Shown here in pieces: positions 1 to 12,566 of a stretch of 64,000 nucleotides of DNA. The DNA lies in contig CM000151.3 in the NCBI GenBank assembly GCA_000004695.1, forward strand, positions 6,528,001 through 6,592,000. The letters run 5' to 3'. Below the pieces are notes generated by a model that saw nothing but the letters and a program-made list of their open reading frames with translations, was not told the origin of the DNA and searched no databases. The position numbers were made by a program, and so were the translations under genes. Every line of letters starts with the position of its first letter. Position 1 is the stretch's first letter. Source of the stretch: Dictyostelium discoideum. Its lineage: Eukaryota.

Positions 1-63
1 TATTATTATTATAATTATTTTTATTATTATTATCATTACTACTATTACTATTGATATTATTAA

Positions 64-143
<80 letters not shown>

Positions 144-492
144 TCACTATTATAATCACAAGCATTACAGCTACAAGAACTATCTAAACTGTCCATACTT
201 TCATTTGATGATGAACTTTTAATTAATCTACTATCGAAATCTGAAGCTGATAAATTATAGTACTTTCCATCTTTATTTTGTTTTTTCTTTCTCTTTGTAA
301 GTGGTGAATTGTCTCCCAAATGGTCAAATTCTTCTAAATCTTGACTTTTTTTTTCATTATTTGGTGTATCATTCATTTTTTGAAAAAAGCATTCAATTGT
401 TTTTAAATAATTATTTTTTTTTGGTGAAATTTCCCTTTCAAATGCTAAATTAATTTTCTTTGCTTCTTCATTTTCGTCATCAATTTCAATGG

Positions 493-586
<94 letters not shown>

Positions 587-715
587 TTCTTTATTATTAT
601 TTGGAATATTTTTATCATTTACATTAGATTCATTTTTTGGTGTTGGGTTTTTTACATTTTTTTTAATTTTATCATCTTTGTGAAAATAAAATTGGGAATT
701 ATTTTCTTTGTCCAT
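1..715 (-). CDS. 5' (N-terminal) portion of an Asn/Ser-rich protein-coding gene; the ATG is at 715..713 and the ORF runs off the left window edge
   Basis: Reverse-strand translation from ATG(715) reads MDKENNSQFYFHKDDKIKKNVKNPTPKNESNVNDKNIPNNNKENNN..(poly-N from the (ATT)n tract at 489-600)..NKTIEIDDENEEAKKINLAFEREISP.. with no stop down to position 1. It is missing from the ORF track because its stop lies outside the window. GC content is higher than the flanking intergenic DNA. Confidence 0.4.
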
Positions 716-1625
716 AATTTTTTATTACATTAATTTATATATTTGTTTTTATTATTTATTTTATTTTGTACAAAAGAAAATGTTTAAAAAATTAAATTTT
801 TTATTTATTTTATTTTAATTTTTTTATTTTTTTTTTATTTTTTTTTTTTTTGTTTTTTTTTTATTTTTAATATAACTTGGCACTTATAATGAAGGAGATT
901 AAAAAAAAGAAAATTAATTTTTCCTATCTAACATTCAAAATAAACCCTTGTTTTATGAAATTTTAATTAAATTTAAAACAATTGAATTACCTTTTTTAGG
1001 TTTTTTTTTTTTTTTTAAAAAATATAAATTTAATTTTTTTTTTTTTTTATTTTTAATTTTTTAATTAAATTATTATTTTTATTTTTAAATTCATTTCCTA
1101 ACATGGGAACAAATCGAAGCCAACTGAAATAAATAGCTTATATTAAAATAAAAAAAATAAAAAGTTAGGATCACACTCACCACCAATCCATATATATTTA
1201 AAATATAATAAATTTAAATGAAATTTGTTTAATTCCATTGCATCATTATGATTTTAAAAATAATTATTTCAACTGTTTATATTTAGATAAACAAAAAAAA
1301 TGAAGATATGTTTTAAAAATAAAATAAAATAAAAAAAAAAAAAAAAGTATATTCTATGGTTTTATTTTTTTATTATCATAAAGTATCTAATAAAATATTT
1401 TTTTTAAAAATAAAATAAAATATTCCTTGTTTGAAAACCATGTTTAGATAATTTAAAAATAAAAAAATTTATTTTTATTTTATTTTATTTTATTTTATTT
1501 ATTTTTTTTAATTTGGAATTTCCAAATTTATTTACTATTACTATTATTATTATTACTAGTTTTTTTTTTAAAAAAAAATTATTTTTTTATTAAGAGTATA
1601 TGTGTATATATTTATAGATCGATTT

Positions 1626-1675
<50 letters not shown>

Positions 1676-2471
1676 TTAATTATTAATTACTTCTGTTTGA
1701 TAATTTTCAGTAATATTATTATTTTCAATATTTTGATTGGAACTGATTTTATCTTTTTCTTGTTTTTTTAATTTTTTATTCTTTTTTCTATCCCTAATTA
1801 AGTAATAAACGCAAATGCAAATTAAAACTATCATTTGAATACCAGTTGCTAAATAAGGTACCCAAGTAGACCAATCTTGTTTAGCTTCAATTTGGAAATA
1901 TACAACTAAAAATGAACCCGGTGCTTGAATACAAACTGAAACTAAACTTAAACTACCAATTTCCTTTTTAAATTTTTAAAAATAAAAAAATTATTAATAA
2001 AATTGGTGAAAATAGAAAAAAAAATAAAAAAAAAAAAAAGCACTTAAAAAAAAAATAAAAAAAAAATTTTAAATATATAAAAATAATATTTAAATATTTA
2101 CATCTGTGACCCAAGTTGTATAAATTTGAGGTATCCATTGAAGGAAAACTAAAACCAAAGCGAAAATACCACAAGCAAAACAATAATGAGTGAGAACTTT
2201 TGATTCTGCACCATAGCTATATACAATGCCAACACCAATACCAAATAAAACCAAAGTAAGGAAAATACTACCCCAAAAGAAAGGTTGAGAATGCCAATCC
2301 ATTCTTAAAATAAATTCTTCTACTGGACTCTTTTTTTTAGTTGATGATGATGATAATAATGGTGATAAACCAACACTTGATTGTGAACTTGTTGTTGAAC
2401 CTGGACTTTCACTACCTACACCACCACTACCGCAAATTCCTGAACTACTACTTGGTGCACAACTACTACTA

Positions 2472-2502
<31 letters not shown>

Positions 2503-2740
2503 TATCCTTATTTTCAATATCAATAGCATCGTCAGTATTTAAACTAATTGTCATATTTTCATCAATATTATTAATACTATTTTTAATTGGATTAGGATTT
2601 GTATAATTAATTGGTGGATTCTCTGGATTAATCTTTGAAACTTCTCCACTATTTTGAATATCACCTCTATTTGTTGATGGTTTTGGTCTATATATAACAT
2701 ATAATATAAATCTAAAAATAAAAAATAATAAAAAAAAAAA

Positions 2741-2786
<46 letters not shown>

Positions 2787-2932
2787 CTAAATCTAAAAAT
2801 CGATAACATACATTACTAATGAACATAAAAATGGTGGAGCTAATTGAGTGACTGGTAATAAATTTCTAAAACATGTCCATGGATTTTGAAAAATTAAATT
2901 AAATTTTTGGATCAAAATTAACAAAAATGTTT

Positions 2933-2963
<31 letters not shown>

Positions 2964-3125
2964 ATCATTATAATTTTCTTACCATCCAAGTACAACATTC
3001 AAAAACAAACCAATTTAAAAATAAAACATTTACAAATGTTCCCATACAATTGACAAAATTCAACCAACACATAATTACTGATAAACCATCTACATTCTTT
3101 CTGAATATCATAACAAACACCTTTA

Positions 3126-3196
<71 letters not shown>

Positions 3197-3372
3197 TTAG
3201 TACTCTGAAAATAAAATAAAAATAAAATAAAATAAAAAAAATAAAAAAATTTTAGATTGCTTACCTGTGGTAAAAAGGATATAACAATACCAACTGTTAA
3301 TAAAAGACCTAATACTACATCTGATGTTTCAAAATCTGTTTTACAAACAAATTCACCACTTGATGAATCCAT
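1676..3372 (-). CDS. PQ-loop repeat (cystinosin/LCT-like) 7-TM protein, multi-exon; exons about 3372..3265, 3120..2983, (2865..2812?), 2711..2102 and 1963..1676
   Basis: Exon 1 reads MDSS..VVLGLLLTVGIVISFLPQ followed by a GTAAGC donor. Exon 2 reads VFVMIFRKNVDGLSVIMCW.. which matches the PQ-loop consensus 'PQ..n.rk...GLS'. A second PQ-loop, LQWIPQIYTTWVTD, ends at a GTAAAT donor, and the last exon reads EIGSLSLVSV..WVPYLATGIQMIVLICICVYYLIRDRKK..VINN*. The acceptors at 3121-3126, 2866-2867, 2712-2713 and 1964-1965 are all T-rich..AG. The splice phase between the 54-nt mini-exon and the central exon does not close with canonical GT/AG sites. Confidence 0.5.
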
Positions 3373-3851
3373 TTTTTTAATTGTTATAATAAAATTTTTT
3401 TTTTTTTTATAACTGTATAGATAGGAGATTTGAATTAGTTTTTTATTTCTTTTTTTTCTTATTTATTATTTTTTTTTTTATTTAAAAAAAAAATTTTATT
3501 TATTATTACTGAATTTTTTCTATTTTATTATTTTATTATTTTATTATTTTATTATTTTATTATTTTATTTTTAAAAACTTTACAAAAGTTATTATATACT
3601 GTTTTTTTCACTTAGACAGACTATGGCATGAATGAAACAAAAAAAAAAAATAATTAAAAAAAATAAAATTTTATAAAAAAACCTCCTATTTTATTTTTTA
3701 TTTTATTTTTTATAAAATATCTAATTTTTACTTTTTCGAATGAAATTTAAAATGATATAAAAAAAAAAATAATTCGATCAAATTCGTTCGTTGTATATAA
3801 TATTATTGTGTTTATAAAATAACCTAAATTAATTTAAAAAATTTAAACTAG

Positions 3852-3886
<35 letters not shown>

Positions 3887-4067
3887 TTTTTTTTAAAAAT
3901 TTTACTGTTTTAAATACATATGTATACAATTTGGATAAATCAAACAAAAAAAAAAACAATATAAAAAAAAAAAAATAAATAAAAATAAAAAAAAATAAAA
4001 AAAAATTTTTATTTTTTTTTTTTTTTAACCCCCACTTTCAATTTTATTTTTAAAATTTCCCACACCC

Positions 4068-4099
<32 letters not shown>

Positions 4100-4247
4100 A
4101 AAGTAAAAAAAGTAATTATAATTATAATTAGCAACAAATTTATTTTAATGAAAAAACTATTATTAACAATTATTTAAACTTATAATTGAAAGAAGATATA
4201 TTTAAATTTTTTTATTTTTTTTTTATTTTTTCATTTTTTTTTTTTTT

Positions 4248-4281
<34 letters not shown>

Positions 4282-4358
4282 GTTTATTATTATTATTACT
4301 TGTATTATTATTATTTACATTATTATTTACAGATTTTTTTGAATTTTTTACAATGTTG

Positions 4359-4411
<53 letters not shown>

Positions 4412-4427
4412 ATTATTTTATAATTAA

Positions 4428-5701
4428 TTATTTTTGTTGATATTTATTTGAACCTAAATCTTTACAAATTTCATAAACAGCAAAAGAAATGGCAACAGTT
4501 GGGACAACTTTAAAATAAGCAGGAATGATACCATGATAGAAAGCAACCAAACCTTCATTTGATAAGATTTTCTTTGTCGCATCCCAGCCATTTTTATAGA
4601 GTACTTTATTACCACCAATACCTTGAATCATCATTCTTCTTCTTAAAACATCCAAAGGATAGCAAACAGTCATAGTAACAGCACCACTAAGAGCACCACA
4701 AACAAAATCGCAAATCATATTTACACCTTTTTTCAATTCATTCTCATCAGAAGCAACAGAATTTATCAATAGCGATGAAGGCATTGTTGATGCCATAGTT
4801 GAACAACCGGATGTATTTGTTAAATTAATACCATTTTCACCAAGTTCATTTTCATAAATAAATGAGTTATTATTTTTATTATTATTATTATTATTATTAT
4901 TAATTGATGATGGTGTTGTAGTTGTTGTTGATAATGATGATGATGATATTTGATAATTTAAAATCATTTTTTTACAAATTATTTTAAAACCTTCATAAGT
5001 TGCAAAACTAATTGAAACCCAAGGTACAATTGAAGCAATGGAGGTACCCAAACCTTTGTAAAGACCTTTTACACCTTCATCCTTGTGAATTTTAAAGAAA
5101 CTATGAGTTATACCATTATAACGATGAGCTGCATAATCATTTGAACAAGATCCTTGAAGTGATAATCTTATTCTAACAACATCCAAAGGATATGTGAAAA
5201 AGGTTGAGGTAAGTCCAGCCATTGCACCAGAAAACATTGTTTGGGGAACTGTCATCTTCATTTCACTACCACTACCACAACCAACACCATTACCATCAAT
5301 ACCATTCTCAATCGAAGATGAAGATGGATGATTTGAAGAGTTGTCTAAAAAATGTTTTTTACAAAATTCATAAGTTAAAAATCGAATTCCAGAATTTGGG
5401 GAAACCTTTACAATGTTTGCGCCATTTCCTTTCCAAATTGATTTAAATCCTTCCCTCTTCACCATCTCTTTCATAGCAGCAATGCATCCAACATAACCTT
5501 GACTAAGATTTTGTGACATACCTTGAACTTGTTGAATAATCGTTAATCTTTCAAATCCTGCTGTTGCAGATCTCGATATTGCTCCAGCAATCGATCCTGA
5601 TACTAAATACTTTTAAAAATAAAATACAAATAATAAAAAAAAAATAAAAAATAAAAAATAAAATAAATTATTAGTATCATTATTTTAAAAATATTAAAGA
5701 G

Positions 5702-5751
<50 letters not shown>

Positions 5752-6156
5752 TACATTGACATTTTCTTTTGAAATTGATTTTTTTGAAACATCTAATTTT
5801 GAATTTGAATTGTTTTTATTATTTCCTTTTAAAATTTTATTTTGATTTTCGTTTTTAATAATATTGTTTAGAATACCATTTTTGGAAATTAAATTGTTAT
5901 TATTATTAATATTATTATTATTATTATTCTTATTATTATTGTTTAAATTTAATAATTTATTATTATTTGATTTTATTAATTTTTCTTTATTCAAATTATT
6001 GTTTACATTATTGTTCAATTGAATGATTAAGGAATTAGCAATATTGTTACCATTTTTGAGACTTTTATAAGTATTTAAGGTTTTGGATGGTCTATAGGTG
6101 TTGCTATTATTTTCTGTCGATTCTTTAAAGCTCTTTTTAAAATCAGAACTATTCAT
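4428..6156 (-). CDS. Mitochondrial substrate carrier family protein (about 527 aa) with an Asn-rich N-terminal extension; two exons 6156..5755 and 5609..4428
   Basis: Exon 1 is M..SKKSISKENVN followed by a GTAAGT donor at 5754-5753. An AG acceptor at 5611-5610 is followed by YLVSGSIAGAISRSATAGFERLTIIQQVQG.., which continues in frame into the listed ORF 4428..5519. Three mitochondrial-carrier repeats are present, with the Px[DE]xx[KR] signatures PLDVVRIRLSLQG and PLDVLRRRMMIQG. Confidence 0.7.
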
Positions 6157-6212
6157 TTATATTAAAGGAGGGGAAGAGAAAAAAAAAAAAAAAAAAAAAA
6201 ATATTTTTCCTT

Positions 6213-6254
<42 letters not shown>

Positions 6255-6271
6255 CTCTTTCAAGTTGTTGT

Positions 6272-6304
<33 letters not shown>

Positions 6305-7404
6305 CAATGAAATTAATCTTGGGTTTATAATTATTTGTTGTGTTGATATTATTGAATCTATATAAAAAAAATGATTTTTGTATTAATATATTTTTTTTTT
6401 TTTTTATTAAAAGATAATTTTTTTTTTTTATTTTTTTTTTATTTTTTTTTTTTTTAAAATAAAAAAAAAAAAAAAAAAAAAAAAAATTAAAAATAAATAA
6501 AAAATTTAAAACAATAATTTAAATATATTGTTTTAGATATTTTCCTTTTTTCTTTTTTTTTTATTATTTTTTATTTTTTTTTTTTTATTTTTTTTTTACC
6601 TTATTTTCATAATAAAATTTTTTTATTTGAACAACAAGTAATCTTAATTTTTTTTTTTTTTTTTATTTATTTATTTAATAATAGATTATGTTATGGTGGA
6701 TATTTTATTTTAACATACATAAATATTTTTAAAATTATGATAATTATATTTTTTTTTGAAAAATACTATTAAAATAAAAAAAATAATAAAAATATATATA
6801 TATTTATTTTTATATTTATGACTTGTCTGGTTATATATATGAAATTAAAAATTAAATGTTTTTTTTTTTTTTTTTTTTAATTATAATTTTTCCTGTTTAT
6901 AAACAAAAAAAATTCTTTTATGGATAAAAATTTTAAAAAAGAAAAAATAGCTAATACTGGTGAATAGAAAGTGAATATATTGAAACTGTTTATGTTTGGG
7001 AGGTCTTTTTATTTTCAAAGTGTTTACTATCAAAATATCAATTGAACTTTGAAAAGTATAATTGAAGGGTGTCCAAAAAAGGTCAAAGTTGCAAAACTAC
7101 AAAAATTTAAAAAAAAAAGCCCCACTATTCGACACTTTAATTATTTTTTGGTTATTTTTTTTTTATTTTTTTTTTAATTTAAAATTTATTTTTTATTTTT
7201 TTTTAATTTATTTATTTTTTTATTTTTTAATTTTTTTTAATTTAAACTTGATTAGGTAACATCCCTGTTGTTTTTATTATCTGAAAAAAATAATAATAAA
7301 AACAAAGATTTTTATAATTAGATTTTAAATAATTTCATTGATTTTTACAATAATAATAATAATAAATATTAAAATAATAATAAAAATAAAAATAATAATT
7401 ATAA

Positions 7405-7445
<41 letters not shown>

Positions 7446-7811
7446 TAATAAAATGATTAAATAAAAAAATTTAGATTTTGAAATATAAAATGGGTTTTTA
7501 TTTTTTATTTTTTTTTTTTTTTTTTTTTGATTTTTTGATTTTTATTTTTTTATTTTTTATTTTTTTTTTTTGTTGGTTGGGAAATTTGTTGTAAATTTTG
7601 GAGCTCACAAAGATAAAACTATTTGTTTGGTACCTATTTTTTTTTATTTTTTTATTTTTTATCTAAATTCCAAAAATATCATACCAAGAGAGAATTTTTA
7701 TTCAAATTTATATAACATACCCCCTCTCCAGATAGAATCATAAGTCACAATAGCACTCTATTGTGAGTTGTTATAAATAAAAAAAAAAAAAAAAATAATA
7801 ATAATAAAGAA

Positions 7812-7858
<47 letters not shown>

Positions 7859-8020
7859 GTTTTATGTGCAATAAATCAAATTCATAATTACCACCAATAA
7901 AAAATCCACAAAAAACTCACAATTTCACCACAATTACATATATAGATAAAATCAATTACATATATATATATATTTTTTTTTTTTTTTATTTTCAACAAAA
8001 ACAATACTCCCACATAAAGT

Positions 8021-8046
8021 AACCCCACCCCCACTCACACACACAC
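8021..8046. promoter_or_regulatory. C-rich/CA-rich element (AACCCCACCCCCACTCACACACACAC) about 190 bp upstream of the ATG at 8235; a candidate CAE/G-box-type developmental promoter element
   Basis: This is a very GC-skewed 26-mer in otherwise >85% AT intergenic DNA. Its reverse complement is GTGTGTGTGAGTGGGGGTGGGGTT, a G-box-like sequence. Confidence 0.3.
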
Positions 8047-8234
8047 TAAATTACTTTTTTTCTCATAATAACACAGATAATTTATTTTTCAACATTAAAA
8101 TATCTCCTGCTCATTCATAATAATATTCAAATAATTAAAAAAATAAAATATATAAAAATAAAAATAAAAAAATAAAAAATAAAAAAATAAAAATAGTAAA
8201 ATTAACACACAAGATATTTTTAAAAAATCCAAGA

Positions 8235-9014
8235 ATGAATCAATCAAAACTACCAATAACAAAAATTTCAGAAACTGTTTTTAACCGCTTAAACCAATCA
8301 AATGATGTTATTAACAACACCAATAATAACACCACCAACAATAACAACAACAATAACAACAATAATAATAACACCAATAATAAAAATAATATAAATTATT
8401 TATTAAAACCAATTAATGAAATTAATGAAAATAAAATTTTAAATGATCCATCAAATGAAAATGGATTAAAACAATTATTTTACGAAATTAATAAATATTA
8501 TAATAATTTTGGGAGTAAATTAATATTTTTCTCATTAATTGGAAGTGAATCATTTAATTTGAATATTGAATCAAGTGATCAAGATTTCTTTGGAGTTTAT
8601 GAATGTGATATTGATCAAATTTTGTCATTTGAAAGTTACTATTACAATAGAATTCCAATTCAAGTTTTTCAAAATAACAACTCAAATAATTCATTACAAA
8701 AAGATAGAGATCGTGATAATATAATCAACCCAAATGAAACCATTATTCATTTAAAACCAGATATTACAATTCACGAAATTAGACATTTTTCAAAACTTTT
8801 ATTATTAGGAAATCCAAAATTAATTGAACCCTTATTCATTGAAAACTTTTGTTCATCAAGTCAATCATGGTTAGATTTAATTAAAAATAGAAAACTTAAT
8901 TTTTATACAATAACTTGTTTAACTCATTATTATTCAACTGTTAAAGTTTTATATTTTGATATTAAATCAATTTTTGAAAATGATAAAAAACAAAATGAAA
9001 AACAACAAAATGAA

Positions 9015-9059
<45 letters not shown>

Positions 9060-10520
9060 AATGAAAAATCATTAAATGATAGAAAAAGTATTTTTAAAAA
9101 ATCATATCATATAATTAGATTATTAATTGAAATGAATGATATTATTAATTATAAAGATATTAGAATTTATTTACCAAATCAATCAGAAGAAAGAAAATTA
9201 TTAATGAAAATTAGAGAAGGTGAAGAAATTGATATTCAATCTTGTTTTGAATTAGTGCAATCTAAATATTTAGAATTTGAATCAAAATTTAATGAATTAA
9301 AAAAAAATTCAACAAATGATTCTTTAATTAAATTAAATTCAGCTAGAGCATTACACGTTTTAAATGATTGGGTGGTTGATATTAGAAGAAATTCAATTGA
9401 AAATTCAAATAATTTAAATTCATTTAAAAAATATAAATTTGAAAATGAAAATCATCATGATGAATCAAATAATAGTTTTAAAATTGCAATGGATTTAATG
9501 AATAAAAATAATATTAAAGGTACTTTAATTTATTTTGGTCCTTCAGGTAGTCATTTACATGGTTTACAAGATGATGATCATAATGATGAAAATAGTAATG
9601 ATAATGAAAAGATTGATTGGATTGGTATTTATGCAGCGCCAACTGATGATATTGTTTCATTATTCCCACCTGCATTAAAACATGATTCAAGTGGTTTCAT
9701 AATGCAATCAAATGAACATATTGGTATAAATCTTAATCCAGCACCTGATAGACCAAATAATCAAAATAAAAAGGATTCATTCAGTAAAGGTATCATTTTA
9801 TATGAATTAAAATATGCATTGCAATTAATTGTAAATTGTTCCTATAGAGTTTTAGAATGTGTTTTCATGTCTTCAAATCAAGTACTCAATAATCATCCAT
9901 TCAAAAATAAATTTTATATTACAGATGCATGGAAAGATTTCATTAATCAAGTTTTAATCAATGATAATAATAATAATAAAACTTTTTCAAAATTATCAAA
10001 TTCAAATTTAATTCAACAATATTGGGGACTTGCAAAAGGAATTAGTATGAAGAATTCAACAATTTTTAAAATGGTTAAATCAAATTTGTTAAGAAAAAAA
10101 GATGATGCTATTACTATTGCTGAAGAAGATTTAGTTACTGATGATAGTATTTCAAAGAATTTATTCTTTTTAAATTATTTATTAATACAATGTAATACTA
10201 TATTAAATGGTATTGTTTTTAATGAAAATAATACAATTATCAATTCTCCAAATAATGAAATTTTATTAAAAGAAAAAGAAATACCATCTATATTCATTGA
10301 TAAACAATCAAAAGATTATCAATTTTTAATGTCATTAAAACATAACAAGCTAAACAAACTATCAATCATTCAATCATTAATAATTGATTCTGATTCAATT
10401 TTAGAAGAAATTAGAATTAAATTAGATACTTTAAAGAAAATACAAAGAATTGATCTTGTAGAATTTGAAACTATAAAATTATTAAATTCATTTTATAATA
10501 AAGTCAGAAAATCATTATAA
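8235..10520 (+). CDS. Protein (761 aa) with two tandem predicted-nucleotidyltransferase (Pol-beta fold, RlaP/PF10127-like) motifs and poly-Q/poly-N tracts
   Basis: It is a single ORF from ATG to TAA. The first motif, LIGSESFNLNIESSDQDFFGVYECDIDQI, fits the hG[GS]x9-13[DE]h[DE]h pattern with GVY..P. The second, LIYFGPSGSHLHGLQDDDHNDE..IDWIGIYAAPTDDIVSLFPP, fits the same pattern with a low-complexity insert. Confidence 0.6.
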
Positions 10521-10711
10521 TAAAAAAATTTTTTTTTTTTCATTTCTTAGCAATTATTTAATTTTAATATTAATTTAGTGTAGTATATAAATAGATCAAT
10601 TTATATACTATACTAAAATACTCTTAAAAATTGATTTATTAATTAATGAATATTTTAAAAAAAAAAAAGGAAAATGACCATGATTTAAATAATTTAACAT
10701 TTTGATGAAAA

Positions 10712-10778
<67 letters not shown>

Positions 10779-10985
10779 ATAATTTTCAAATAAAAAAATC
10801 ATGAACCAATCTCAAAGTTTTTTTTTTAAAAAATTGGTGATATCAAAATTTGTTGGTTTAAAATAAAAAATTAAAATTTTAAATGTTTAGAAGGTTTGAT
10901 TACTGAGATTCGCCATGTTTTTTCATAATTTCATAATAATTATTAATAGATTTTTTCATAATTCAAATTCGATAGCATAACGTTC

Positions 10986-11038
<53 letters not shown>

Positions 11039-11159
11039 AAAACTCAAAATTTGGTAAATATAAATAGAAATGGAAAATAAAAAAATTATTATTCAATTCA
11101 TAAATATAAAAATAAATAGTAAATAGTAAATAATTAAATAAATTATTAAATAAATTAAA

Positions 11160-12179
11160 ATGTTACCAATAACAAATAAAGTTGCATTAATTACAAAAAA
11201 AGGATTTTCAGAATCATTTTCAATTGTTGATAATGAAATTCCAAAACCTAAAGGAAATGAAGTTTTAATTAAAGTTGATTATGTTGGTCTTAATAGATGT
11301 GATCTTTATTTTTCATTGGGACTTTATTTACCATTTGAAAATTATCCAAATGTATCAGGTTTTGAAGCTTCAGGTACTGTTGTAGAATTTGCAAATGATG
11401 AATTAGAGAATTCAAGTAAATTTAAAGTTGGTGATAAAGTTAGTGTAATTTATACTTGTGATCATAGAAAATATGGTACATTTGCAGAATATGCAGTTTT
11501 TCCAATTGGTTGTTTAGTTAAGAATAATGAATTATCAAGTCAAAAAGAAATTGCTGCAAATTGGATTTCATTTTTCACTGCATACTATGGTCTTGTTGAA
11601 TTTGCTCAAATTAAAAAAGGTGATTATGTAATTATCACCGCTGGTAGTGCTGGAACTTCTTTAGCTGGTATTGCAATTGCTAAATTTTTTGGTGCTCATA
11701 CAATCGTTACAAGTCGTAATGAAAAGAAGAAACAACAAATTTTAGATTATGGTGCTGATTATTTCGTTTCTCTTGACACTGAAGATATTGTTAAAAGAAC
11801 CTTTGAAATTACTAATGGTAAAGGTGCAAATATTATATATGACTCTGTTGGTGGACAAAGTGCTCAAAAATTATTTGAATCATCTTCACAATTTGGTAAA
11901 ATTGTATTCTATGGTAATATGAATCACTCAGAACCAACACCTCTCCCAATTTTAATTGGTCTTAAAAATTACTTAACAATCAAAGTTTTAAATACAAATG
12001 AATACCTTTATCAACCTGAATTTAATAAAAAAGCTATTGAATTTTTAAATTCAAATTTTCATCATTTTAAATCAATAGTTGGTAAAGAATTTATTGGTAT
12101 TGATTCATTGGTTGATGCTCTTAAATATTTAGAAACTGGTGATTTATTTGGTAAAGTTGTTGTAAAAGTTAATAATTAA
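11160..12179 (+). CDS. Zinc-type alcohol dehydrogenase / quinone oxidoreductase family (MDR superfamily) protein, 339 aa, single exon
   Basis: The ATG..TAA ORF has an N-terminal GroES-like region (KVDYVGLNRCDLYF) and a Rossmann motif ITAGSAGTSLAGIAIAKFFGAHTIV. Its layout is that of NADPH:quinone reductase / zeta-crystallin-like enzymes. Confidence 0.7.
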   Translation: MLPITNKVALITKKGFSESFSIVDNEIPKPKGNEVLIKVDYVGLNRCDLYFSLGLYLPFENYPNVSGFEASGTVVEFANDELENSSKFKVGDKVSVIYTCDHRKYGTFAEYAVFPIGCLVKNNELSSQKEIAANWISFFTAYYGLVEFAQIKKGDYVIITAGSAGTSLAGIAIAKFFGAHTIVTSRNEKKKQQILDYGADYFVSLDTEDIVKRTFEITNGKGANIIYDSVGGQSAQKLFESSSQFGKIVFYGNMNHSEPTPLPILIGLKNYLTIKVLNTNEYLYQPEFNKKAIEFLNSNFHHFKSIVGKEFIGIDSLVDALKYLETGDLFGKVVVKVNN

Positions 12180-12272
12180 TATAATAAAAAAATGGATAAT
12201 ATATTTTTATAGTAGTACTATAGTTATGCAAAAATAAATAAATAAAAGACTTTTATCATGCCCTATATCATT

Positions 12273-12324
<52 letters not shown>

Positions 12325-12410
12325 AAATTAATGAGATAAATAAAAAATATATTTTGATTAATTATTGTTTACTTTTATTAAATTAATAATAATAAATATT
12401 ATTATTTTAT

Positions 12411-12566
12411 TTAAAAGAAACCTGAAATTCCTTCAGCCATTAAAGCGGCACCTTTTATTAGTTTTGAATAACCAGACTTGGAAACAGAGTTTACATTTTG
12501 ATTTGTTTCAATCATGCTGTTTGTAGAAACAAAGGAGAATGAATTCTTTCTGTTAGAGATACCCAT
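12411..12566 (-). CDS. Small unannotated ORF (51 aa, MGISNRKNSFSFVSTNSMIETNQNVNSVSKSGYSKLIKGAALMAEGISGFF*)
   Basis: The ORF on the minus strand begins with ATG at 12566..12564 and ends with TAA at 12413..12411. Local GC is ~35% against ~15% in the flanks. An A-rich leader and a possible upstream AATAG acceptor are present. It is too short to appear in the ORF track. Confidence 0.25.
   Translation of the reverse strand: MGISNRKNSFSFVSTNSMIETNQNVNSVSKSGYSKLIKGAALMAEGISGFF

Noticed and set aside
489-683. Plus-strand poly-Leu ORF (64 aa)
   Set aside because: It is the antisense strand of the (AAT)n poly-Asn tract of the minus-strand gene at 1..715.
5222-5446. Plus ORF of 74 aa inside the mitochondrial carrier gene
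   Set aside because: It is an antisense frame of exon 2 of a well-supported minus-strand gene.
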